Shown piece by piece: positions 1 to 13,974 of a DNA stretch of 64,000 bases. How positions within the stretch are numbered: the stretch's first letter is position 1; each line of letters begins with the position of its first letter. Origin of the DNA: Dictyostelium discoideum (Eukaryota); assembly GCA_000004695.1 (NCBI GenBank), contig CM000153.2, positions 2,592,001-2,656,000 of the forward strand, in the 5' to 3' direction. A program made the position numbers and the translations under genes. A model generated the notes under the pieces. It had not been told where the DNA came from. It worked only from the letters and a program-made list of their open reading frames with translations, and did no database searches.

Positions 1-18
1 ATTGCACTAAAATTTTTA

Positions 19-83
<65 letters not shown>

Positions 84-148
84 TTTATTATAATTATTTT
101 AACTCACATTATTACTTTCACCCACATATTATATTAATAAAATAATAT

Positions 149-182
<34 letters not shown>

Positions 183-1256
183 TTAAAGGCGTTTTGTTCA
201 TTGATAAAAATTGATTTTTGAATTTTAAAAAATCATTTTTTTTTGTATTTATCAAAAATGGAAAAATTAATTTTGGGATGTCGAATTTATGATTTATCAC
301 TTTTTTTTTTATTCTATTATTATTATCAAAAATTATTTTGTTTTTTAATAAGAATATATTAAAAAAAAAAAAAAAAAATTTAATAAAAAAAAATAAAATT
401 ATTAAAAATAGATTATATCTTTTATCATCTTTTATTATATATCATTTATTTTTATCATTACACTATTTTTATTATTATAATTATTATTATTTTTTTGATT
501 TATTTATTTTTTATTTAATTTTTTTTTTTTTTTTTTTTTTCCTTTTTCCTTTTAGTTTTAATCACTTAAAAATTTAAAGGGTTAAAATATATAAATAATA
601 ATATTATTTTTGATATCATTATTTTATTATTTTATTTTTTTTTTATTTTAATTTTAATATTATTTATATTTTTATATAAATATGTATTTTTTTTTCTTTT
701 TTTTTATTTTTTTTTATTATTTTTTTTATTTATTTTTATTTTTAAAAATGAGATTGAAAACAAAATCTAACAATGACATTTGGAAAAAATAAAATATTTT
801 AATAGAAAAAAAAAGAGACATAAATTTCAGATATCATTTTTGCATATAATTCTAATATAAAAAAAGGAAAAAAAAAAAAAAATTTCTATTTTTAGTTTTT
901 AACTCCTTCAAAAATGGTTGTTAATTTTCCAACAACCCATTTATTGTAAAGTCAAGGGCCAAATTGTGCACCAATGGTGAGTCAACTAGTTTAATTGTTA
1001 ATATTGGAATTAACATTCAATACTGTTTTTCAGGTCCTTGTATAGAATAATATTTTTTTGTTTGCAATATTTATTATTTAATCATTATTTTTAATAATAA
1101 TAATAATAAAAATTAAATTATAATAAAATTACATTTATTTCTCTAGAGATTTAATATTTACTTTTTTTAAAAAATATATTTTTCATCACTTTTTTATGAT
1201 ACTATTTTATTTTAAATTATTATTATTATTATTTTTTTTTTTTTTTTTAAAATTTT

Positions 1257-2635
<1,379 letters not shown>

Positions 2636-3116
2636 TGTTTAAAATAAAAAAAAAAAAAAAAATAAAAAAATTTGGAAAAATAAATAAATTGGAAAAAAAA
2701 ATTGTTTAGAAAAATGATTTATTATTTTTACATATGAAAAATAGCAATATTAAATGAAATTAAGAAAAAAAAATAATTATTTTGTGTTAAAAAATTATTA
2801 TTCCAATTTAATAATAAAAAAAAAAAAAAAAAAAAAAAAAAATTATTTGTGTTAAAAAAAAAAAAATAATAATTAAAAATAAATTAAATTCACATAAAAT
2901 ATAAAACCTAAAAATAGAAAAAAAAATTATATTAATCCCACACCACTCCATCATATAAAAAAAATAAAAATTTCCCAAAATTAATAATGTAAAAATTATT
3001 AATCAACAAAAAAAAAAATTATTTGGGTTAAAAAAAAAAAAAAAATAAAAAATAAAAAATTAAATTAAATTATTTACATTATTTTTTACATTTTATTTAA
3101 TTTTAATTTGATTTGA

Positions 3117-4316
<1,200 letters not shown>

Positions 4317-4329
4317 TTTTTAAAAAATT

Positions 4330-4396
4330 TAATTATAAAATTATTTATTTATTTATTTTTTTATTTATAAATTTATTTATTTATTTATTTTTTATT

Positions 4397-4470
<74 letters not shown>
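4330..4470. repeat. (TTTA)n tetranucleotide microsatellite in the intergenic region.
   Basis: Tandem tttatttattta run visible directly. Confidence 0.9.
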
Positions 4471-4481
<11 letters not shown>

Positions 4482-4883
4482 TTAATTAAATATATAAAAG
4501 ATTATTTTAAAAAAAATTAAAAATTAATTAAAATTAATTTTTAATATGAAAATTTTAAATTATCTAATAGAGGAAAATGGAATTTTTTTTATTATATGTT
4601 GGAATAAAGAAATAAAAATTTAAAATTATAAATAAAAAATGAAAAAAATAAAAAATAAAAAAAATAAAAAAAATAAATAAAGGGTGTGGTGATTAAAAAA
4701 AAAAAAAAAAAAAAAAAATAATAATAATAAAAAAAATAATAAAAACAATAATAAATAAAAAAAGGTGAATTATTAATTAATTATATTAATTATTTTGAAG
4801 TTAATTAATAATATTCCCATTATTACTACATTTTTTTAGGAAATCAAGAATTTTTTAAAAATTTCTTTTTACTTTTCCCGACT

Positions 4884-4917
<34 letters not shown>

Positions 4918-5591
4918 ATTCAGCTTTATATAAATAAAAAAACCAATTTTAACGGATTCCTTAAAAAGGTTTTTTTTTTTTTTTTTTTTTTTTTCATCAC
5001 CAATTTTGGAAAAAAATAAATAAAAAAAAGCAATCGATATTTACCCTGGTTGAGGGTTTTATTTGTTTTTTTTTTTAAGCTTAAAAATGTCATCCAAATT
5101 TAAAAAATTAAAAAAAAAAAATAAAAATAAAAAAAAAAATAAAAAAAAAATTAAAAATAAAATAAAAAAAAAAAAATAAAAAAAAAAAAAAAAAAAAAAT
5201 TTTCCTTTGTGAGAGATCCTTTTAATTTATTTTTATTTATTTATTTATACTACCTATTTTTCTTTTTTATTTTTTTTTTTTTATTGTTTTTTTTTTTTTG
5301 TTTTTTTATATTTTTTATAAAATTTTTTTTTTTGTCACATATCACAACTAATAACAATTTTCCCTCCACTTTTTTTTTTTTTTTTTTTACACACTTATAT
5401 ATATATATATACACAAAATAAATGATAAATATGACAGAGACAAAACAATTAAAATTAATTTTAATAGGAGATGTGAAGTAATTATTTAGAATATTTAACA
5501 AACAACAACAAAAATTTATAAAAACACACAAAAAAAAAAAAACTTAACCAAACCACACACCACAAACCAAAAAATAAAAAAACATCAAAAA

Positions 5592-6751
5592 ATGGTTACT
5601 AATATATTAAAAAAACCATAGCGTTGGAAAGACGTCTATTCTTCATAGGCTTATTTTTTCCAAATTTACAGAAGAATATAAAAGTACTATAGGTGCAGAT
5701 TTTTTATCAAAAACATTTTATCAAAATGATATTATTACACATATTCAACTTGTAAGTTTCACTTGACAAATAACAGAAACAATGACAATAACAATAGCAA
5801 CATCAATAATAAAAACAGTATACATTTTGTGCTACAGATTATAATGATTATATATAGAAAGCAACTTCCACCACATCCACCACATCTTCATATTCAATCT
5901 CATTACCACCCACCCACCCTCCTTCCTCCCTTCCCCTTACTTACTATGTATTATTGTACAATAATAATTAATAAAAAACAGAGTGTATACTAATTTTGCA
6001 ATGTTTTATTTATTTATTATTTATTATTTAATATTTTAGTGGGATACAGCAGGACAAGAGAAATATTGGTGTTTAACATCAGCATTTTGGAGAACATCAG
6101 ATGCAGTTATATTAGTATTTGATATTTCAAATGAATCATCTTTTAGAAATTTAAATTTTTGGTATAAACAATTCAAATCAAAGAGTATAAACCCTGATGG
6201 GACAGAAAAACAATTACCTATATTATTATTAGCAAATAAATCAGATTCTTTGACAAGAGCTGTCGATCAATCTGAAATTAATCAATGGTGTACTGATCAT
6301 AAAGTTAATTTATATTATGAAGTATCTGCTAAATCTTCTATAAATATAAAAGAATCAATTCTAAAATTAGTTGAAGTTATAATTGAACAAGATAAAGATT
6401 CTGATAAGTAAGTTATTTAATAATAAATAATAAATAATAATAATAATAAATAAAACAAACCAATAAAATAAATAATATCTACATATATTATATCTATATA
6501 ATATCTCTATATCTCTATATCTATATTTATATAATATATGTTTATATATTATATGTATATATTTTCAAATAGCAATATTAATTAATTATGGTTATTCAAT
6601 TTATACTTACACTACCAGCGAACAATTTAATGATAGCCCTGACGAAGAAACATCATCAATTACTTTATTAGGTACTTCTAAAAAACATGATAATACCAAT
6701 CCAAATAAACCTTCAACTTCCTCACCTTCAAGTTGTTTCAATTGTAAATAA
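5592..6751 (+). CDS. Rab-like small GTPase with an atypical P-loop. Exons about 5611..5751, 6040..6407 and 6619..6751. N-terminal start unresolved.
   Basis: Reads ..KNHSVGKTSILHRLIFSKFTEEYKSTIGADF.. | WDTAGQE..LANKSD..EVSAK.. (G1, G3, G4, G5 motifs). Donors are GTAAGT at 5752 and 6408; acceptors at 6039 and 6618. C-terminus ..SSCFNCK. The ATG at 5592 lies in a different frame from the GKT segment across an A7 homopolymer, and TAA at 5608-5610 closes the GKT frame upstream. Confidence 0.6.
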
Positions 6752-7093
6752 TGATTTAAAAAAAAAAAAAAAAAGAAAAAAAAAAAAAAAACAATAATTA
6801 AAAGAATAAGAAAATAAATAAAAAAGCAAAAGAAAAAGAAGAAAAGAAAAAAAAAAAAAAAAAAAAAGAAGACTACAAAAATGAATCAAACAAAAGTTAA
6901 CTTATTTTATTATTTAAAAAAAAAAAAAATTAAAAAAAAAAACCAGTTTAAACAAATAAAAAGTAAAATAGAAATATTAACTATGTAAAGCCAAATCAAA
7001 TAGAAAGTTTAAACTTTATTAAATTATTTTTTTTTTTTTTTTTAGTTTATATTTTATTTTTAAAATTTGTATTTTATTTAATTATTTTTTTTT

Positions 7094-8545
7094 TTAAATA
7101 CTTTTTTCAATTTTAATAGTTTCTTCATTATAAATAACATTATTAAAAGTATCTTTTTGTTTATCAAAACAATTATTTGGACAAGTGTAAATGAAAGCAT
7201 TACTAAATTCTAATTGATTCTTTTTTGGATCTAAAGGATCTCTTAATTTAATTTGAGCTATTAAAGTTGACAAAATTTGAAATTCAAATACTTTAACAGA
7301 ATTACAAATTGAGCAATGTGGTGGTAAATTATTAATTTGGTTGAATGTTAATAATTTTACACCCTCTGCAGTCATTGGTAATGGTTTACCACCATATGAA
7401 TAACGTAAACATTGGTCAGGTGCAAATGAGATCTTTTTAATGAATTTACTAAAAACACGATCTTTTACATATTCATAGGTTTCATCTGACCATTCTGCAC
7501 TTTCATCACCAAATGTATTCTCTATACCTTGATATTTCTTTAAAATACTTTGATTTAAATCTGATTCTTCATTATTATTATTGTTTTTATTTGATGATTT
7601 TTTATCTTTTTTTGTATAAATTGATTCTTCATCAATGAATAAAGTACATGATTGAAATTTATTACTTTTATCATCTGGAATAATTACACCTGATATTATT
7701 TCTTCCTCATTAATACAATCATCTTCTATATTTATTTTATTATTATTTTTTTTTTGTTGTTCTTCTTCTTTAATTCTTTTCTTTTCTTCTTTAATTGCAT
7801 CATCACGAATTTTTAATAATTGATCAATTGAATTTGTAACTGATGCTGTAGTAGTAGTAGTAGTTGTTGTTGTTGATGAAATTCCCCAATCATCAGAATC
7901 TTCAACACCCCAATCATCAAGTGGTTTTTCAATTACATTTTGTTGATGTAACTCTTGTACTTTATCCTCAATTTGTTCATTTTGTAAATCTTCTTCCTCT
8001 TCTTTTAATGGATCTAAACATTTAATTACTCTCCAACTAAATTAACAAAATAATTATGTTAGTTTTTAAAATTTATATAATTGATAATTTCCAAAAAAAA
8101 AAAAAATAATAATAATAATTTGAAAAATTCTTTACCCAGAAGATAATGGATTGCATTCATTACTTGGACAAACAAAAACGTAGAAATTTCTTTCATAATC
8201 TGGAAGTGAATTTAATGGACAATATGCTTGTAATAAAAATGATAAATTTGAACTACACATATTACATTTTAAATCTTTTAAATGATTTGGTGGTTGAGCA
8301 CACCATATCTATTGTTTTTAAAATAAGAAAATAAATAAAATAAAAATAAAAAAATGAAAATAAAAAAGTTAGTATTAATTATTTTAATTTTTTAAAAAAA
8401 AATATTTAAAACTCACAGGTGATCCACCAATTTTTGTTGAATAAGGGTAATCATCCTCTTCTTCCTCTTCTTTATTTATTTTTAAACTATCAATTGGTTC
8501 ATCAATAAATCCTAAGAATGTTTTTGTATCATTTTTAATTGACAT
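7094..8545 (-). CDS. PDCD2-like protein (PDCD2_C domain, no MYND finger). Three exons: complement(join(7094..8036,8136..8308,8417..8545)).
   Basis: Exon 1 MSIKNDTKTFLGFIDEP..STKIGGSP with GTGAGT donor. Exon 2 IWCAQPP..CNMCSS..YCP..CPSNECN with GTAAAG donor. Exon 3 carries the PDCD2_C signature FAPDQCLRYSYGGKPLPMTAEG..LPPHCSICNSVKVFEFQILSTLI. Phases 0/2 are consistent. Confidence 0.75.
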
Positions 8546-8816
8546 ATTATATAAATATATTTTTAAATTGAATTACAATAGAATAATATTTTTGTTAACA
8601 AAAATGAAAAAAAAAAAAAAATGAAAAAAAAAATAAATGTGGGAAAAAAAAATGATCGGAAAAAAAAAAAAATAAAAATAAAAATAAAAAAAATAAAGAA
8701 AAATAAATTTATTTTTGTTTAATTTTAAGTAAATGAAAGACGACAAAATTAAAAATAGATAGATATTTTTAATTTTTTTTAAAAAAATATCTATCACCTT
8801 TTTTTTTTTTTTTTTA

Positions 8817-10140
8817 TTAATAATTGGTTAAACAGGGAGTGTGGGGTAGTTTTATCTGTCTATTGAAAGACTCTAATCTTTCTTTAAATATTGCAATCTC
8901 TCTATCAATTTCTTCTTGTAAAACTGGGTCAATTTCATCATCATCACCATCACCATCACCATCATCACCCTCTTCATCTTTTATATTTAAATTATAATCA
9001 TCTATATTAATTATATTGTTCCTATTAAAATGATTATTTTCATTATTTTGATTATTTATTATGATTTCTTCTTTAATAATAATAATAGTTTTCTTTTCTT
9101 TTTCTTTTTCATTTTCATTTTTATTTTTCAGTTTATTTTTTGATTTAGAATTTATTTTATTATTATCAAAGTGGTTTGAATTAATGTTTTTAGTATTGTT
9201 TGATTTTGATTTCTTTGATTTCTTGGATTTTTTTTCATCCTCTCCAATAAATTCCAAAATTTCATCTAATGATTTATTTTCAAATTTTAATTTTGCAACC
9301 ATTCTTTCATGTCGCGCTACTGCCTCTTCCAATTCAGATCTTGAACCTCTTTTTAATGACATTATTGCCATTTCAAAATTTTCATCTCTTGGTTCTGTTA
9401 TTTGTAAATTTGAAAATGTCTGTCTCAATTCCTCTGCACTCTTCTCTAAATATATTTATATATATTATCATGTTAATTTTAAATAATAATCTTTTTTTTT
9501 TATTTTTTTATTTTTTTTTTTTATTTTTATTTTCAAAAAAAAAAAAATACAAACGTGAAATTTGAGTAGCAATTTCTTTACTTGTTAAACTAACTAACGA
9601 TTTGATATCTAAGAAATAAGAAGCTGAAGCTAATTCACAAAGATTTAATGGTTTTTTTTGAATGAAATTAAAATCGAATTGAGTTGCTAAAATTGGTGAT
9701 GTATTTGTTGAATGAAATTTACAAAATTCTAAAATCGAATTTAATACACAACCTCTAATATCTGAAAAATAAATTTTAATCTCTTCTTCTGTATTCTTAT
9801 TGATTGATGCTAATAATTTGTCCTCCCTTTTATGAAATATAGATTCACCATCAACTGTAAACCATCCACCTAAACTATTTTTAAATTTTAAACAACCTTT
9901 AACAATATTTTTCACTGTTTTACACATATTAATTATTAATTCGGTTTCCAATTCATATTCTTGATTATCACTTGATAAAATTATAACTCTTTTTGAATTT
10001 TTCATTTTTGGAATTATTAATTCATTTTGTGTTTCAATTGATTGTGGTGATGATGATGATGATGGTGATGGTGATGATGGTGGTAGTGGTAGTGGTAGTG
10101 GTTCTTTTATTTCCATTGAATTTGGTAGTTGTTGTTCCAT
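8817..10140 (-). CDS. Divergent Skp1-family protein (Skp1 POZ + dimerisation region) with Pro/Ser-rich N-terminal and K/N/D-rich C-terminal extensions. Two exons: complement(join(8817..9445,9555..10140)).
   Basis: KRVIILSSDNQEYELETELIINMCKTVKNIV resembles the Skp1 N-terminal domain. ..FDFNFIQKKPLNLCELASASYFLDIKSLVSLTSKEIATQIS|QKSAEELRQTF resembles the Skp1 C-terminal region (IRKTF motif spans the intron). Donor C|GTTTGT at 9554, acceptor tttag at 9447-46, phase 1. Confidence 0.65.
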
Positions 10141-10777
10141 ATTTTTTTATTTTTTTATTTTTTTACTTTTTTAATTTATTTGATTTATTTGATTTAATTT
10201 TGTTTTATTTGATTTAATAATTTTTTTTTTTATTATTTTTTAATAATCTAAGTCAGAAAAAAAAAAAAAGATTTATAATTTTTTTTTAATTTTTTTTATT
10301 TTTTTTTGTTTAGCAAACATAAAAACCTAAAATTAAAAAAAAAATGAATAACGTAAAAAATTTCGGTTTTACAATTTTTTTTATTTTTTTTTTATTTTTT
10401 TTTATTTTTTTTTATTTTTTTATTTTTTTTATTTTTTTGTGAATTGTTTTAAAGAGATTTTGGGCACAAACATAATCAAAAAAAAAAAAATAATCATGAA
10501 TACCTTTTTTTTTTTTATTTTTATTTTTATTTTTATCTTGTGCTTTATTTTCTTATTGAGATAAAATCATACTAATCTTTGTATGATATTATGAGATCAT
10601 TCTGATAAAATAATAATTATTATTATCATAATTAAATTTGAATTTTTACTTGATCTTACTTTCAAAATTTTAAAAATGAAAAAAAAAAAATAAAAAAAAA
10701 AAAAAAATTATTATTAATATTAATAGATATTCTGAAAAAAAAAAAAAAAATAAAAAAAAAAAAAAAAAGTGAAAATC

Positions 10778-10808
<31 letters not shown>

Positions 10809-10881
10809 CTTTTTTTTTTCAAAAAAAAAAAAAAAAAACTTTTTCATTTCATTGTTTTGATTCCAAACAAACAACTAATTT

Positions 10882-10918
<37 letters not shown>

Positions 10919-10995
10919 AAATCGAAATAAAAATAAAAATAAAAATAAAATAAAAATTAAAATTAAAATTATTAAAATAAAATATAATATATAAA

Positions 10996-11175
10996 ATGTT
11001 TTTTCATGTAATTTATCAATTTTATTGAATAAAATCTTTCTTTTTTTATTTTTATGTTTTTATTTGTATTTCCTTTTTTTTTTTTTTTTATTAAAGATAT
11101 CTTTAGAGAGATAAAGATAGAGATAGAAAGGCAGAAAATAGAGAAATAATACTAACAATTTTTTATTGTTATTGA

Positions 11176-11273
<98 letters not shown>

Positions 11274-12032
11274 GTTAACATTAGAAAAAGATTTACATAT
11301 GCATCCAAAACATTGTGGACCAAATTTATTTACAATTGCAACACAACAACTTTATAGTGAAGTAGAAGGTACATGTACAGGTAGATATGGTTTTATCATT
11401 ACAATTACATCGGTTGATTTCTTATCTAAAGGAAAGGTATTAGAATCATCAGGTTATGTAGTTTTCAATGTTAAATATAAAGCAATCATTTTCAAACCGT
11501 TTAAAGGTGAGGTTTTAGATGCAATCGTTACAAAAGTAACAAATGTATGTTAGTTACAATCATCATTTACAAAAAGAATGAGTAGTGAATCTATCTCTTT
11601 CTCTCTCTCTCTCTCACTCGCCCTCTTTCTTTTACAATCATATTATAATGATTGGTACTAAATAATATATTTTTTATTTTTAAATTATAGCTTGGATTTT
11701 TTGCAGAAGCAGGTCCACTTTCAATTTTTGTATCAACTCAATTGATCCCATCTGATATGATATTCGATGCACAAAGTGCTGTACCATGTTTTGTTTCTGA
11801 AGATGGTTCATCAAAAATCAGTAAAGATGATGAAGTTAGATTACAAATTAAAGGTACTCGTGTTGATGCTACCGAAATTGTATGTATTTGTGCAGCATAT
11901 ATATATATATATAAACCTTTTTCTCTATTTAATAATTTATTAACTCTTTTTTTTTTTAATTTATTTTTAAATTTTTTTTATTAGTTTGCAATTGGTTCAA
12001 TCAGAGAAGATTATTTAGGTGTCATTGGTTAA
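10996..12032 (+). CDS. rpb7: DNA-directed RNA polymerase II subunit RPB7. Four exons: join(10996..11007,11275..11544,11691..11879,11985..12032).
   Basis: Spliced product MFFH|LTLEKDLHMHPKHCGPNL..EVEGTCTGRYGFII..YKAIIFKPFKGEVLDAIVTKVTN|LGFFAEAGPLSIFV..IKGTRVDATEI|FAIGSIREDYLGVIG is collinear with RPB7 over about 172 aa. Donors GTAATT, GTATGT, GTATGT. Intron 1 contains a long (AAT)n run. Confidence 0.85.
11161..11270. repeat. (AAT)n microsatellite inside rpb7 intron 1.
   Basis: Perfect aat repeats. The antisense poly-Y ORF 11060..11323 is an artefact of it. Confidence 0.9.
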
Positions 12033-12243
12033 ATTGGTTTTATATTTTGTGGTTAAATAGTTTTACAGGAATAAAAAAAAAAAAAAAAAAGAACAAAAAA
12101 AAATATAAAAGATAAAAAAAAAAAAAAAAAAATAAAGAAATAAAGAAATTAAGATGTACAAAAAAAAAAAAAAACCTAAACAGAATCCCATTTAACAAAT
12201 TTTTTTTTTTAATAAACAAAAAAGAAATATTCTTTTATTACCA

Positions 12244-12359
<116 letters not shown>

Positions 12360-12474
12360 TTAATTGTTTAATTATTTATTTATATTATAATATTAATATA
12401 CATTTTCAAAGGTCATTAAGATTGAATTTAGAGAAAAGTTAAAAATCGTCAGCAGAGTCGATTTCAAAATCAAT

Positions 12475-13009
12475 ATCATTTTCTCTTAGTTCAGTGAAAT
12501 CAACTCTTGAATTGAATGTACTCTTTTTAAGTTTTTGTCTAAAATAATAATGATGATGAATGGTAAAGTAGTGGTTAGTAATTGATTTAAAAAAAAATTG
12601 TAAATACAATTAATTAATAAAAAAAAAAAAAAAAAATTTACCTATTAATTAAAGCTATTAATCTTAGGAATTGGAAAAAGTATCTAATAGCAGTTAAGAA
12701 AATAATGACCACACCTTCATAGTCATAATTGTCAGAGCTTGATGAATGAAAATATAAAAATAAACCGCATATAGAAATTACCAAAACAAAAAGATCGAAT
12801 CTATTTGCCCATGTTTGAAAGTACTTTTTCTTTTGTGATATAATTTGTAATATAATTTCAACTGATAATGTAACATTAACCAAAATATCTAGTACTATAA
12901 AAATCCAATGTGATGGTACCGATGTATTCTTTTTTATTAAATTTGTAATTAACTTTTTATTTTTAAAATTGTTTAAAAAAAAAAAAAGTTAGTAGGATAA
13001 AAAAAAAAA

Positions 13010-13106
<97 letters not shown>

Positions 13107-13819
13107 TTAATAATAATATTAATAATAATAATAAATTTAAAATAAATTACCCAAATAATTAAAATTAAATTTAATAATATCATAACAATATATGAATAAT
13201 AATATTTATTTGAAAATAAAACTCTATCAGCATATGTAGAGCATTGCCTATCATGTACCATATAATTATCAAAATTTGATTCGAAATGACTTGTAGAATG
13301 TCCATAATTAGCAGAAAGTGGTGGGAGATCCGATAAATTACCTTCACTACCCATACTATTAGTTAATATAGAATTATTATTATTTCCATTAATGTTGCCA
13401 TTATTATTATTATTATTATTATTATTTCCTAAATTTTTATCGCTTATACTAAATGAGTTATTAATATTATTATTGTTATTATTATTATTGTTTAATTTAT
13501 CATTCGGGTTCAAAGAATTATTGCCCCCATTATTAATATTATTATTATTACCATTATTATTATTATTATTATTATTATTCACTCGTATACTATTTGGTGT
13601 ATTTTGATTACCATTATTGATATTATTATTTCCATTTATATTAATTAAATTATTTGCATTTCCGCTATTATTTCCTATACTAGTATTACTATTTAGTGAA
13701 GTCATATTTGGTGAAAGACCACTTGGAGATAAACGATTACCACTTCTAATAATGTTTAGATTTGATTTACTACCTATTATATCACTACTATCAAGATCCT
13801 TAAAATTACTATCACTCAT
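12475..13819 (-). CDS. Voltage-sensor-domain-like 4-TM protein with a Ser/Asn-rich N-terminus and no pore domain. Three exons: complement(join(12475..12538,12642..12952,13151..13819)).
   Basis: Exon 1 is N/S/G-rich, then YYYSYIVMILLNLILIIW (S1-like). Donor TGG|GTAATT. Intron contains (ATT)n at 13001-13110. Exon 2 KNTSVPSHWIFIVLDILVNVTLSVEIILQIISQKKKYFQTWANRFDLFVLVISICGLF carries the ion_trans S2-S3 signature E..L.I.......YF...WN.FD..IV..S. It is followed by VVIIFLTAIRYFFQFLRLIALINR (S4-like, sparse charges). Donor AG|GTAAAT. Short exon 3 RQKLKKSTFNSRVDFTELREK. The exon 2/3 join and the stop are uncertain (alternative stop TAA at 12638). Confidence 0.5.
13001..13110. repeat. (ATT)n microsatellite in intron 1 of the VSD-like gene.
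   Basis: Perfect ata/att triplets. Read as poly-I in ORF 12989..13819. Confidence 0.9.
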
Positions 13820-13885
13820 CCAATTATTTAATTTATTATAATTTTTTTAATTTTTATTATTATTTATTATTTTTATTTATTACTA

Positions 13886-13974
<89 letters not shown>

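Noticed and set aside
8573-8797. 74-aa ORF rich in F/Y/I between the PDCD2-like and Skp1-like genes
   Set aside because: It is a low-complexity translation of AT-rich poly-A/T intergenic DNA. It has no ATG context and no splice signals.
9993-10217. ORF encoding poly-Val/Met (MMMMVMVMMVVVVVVV)
   Set aside because: It is the antisense of the Pro/Ser-rich N-terminal coding region of the Skp1-like gene. It is pure low-complexity with no start context, and the opposite strand carries a well-supported gene.
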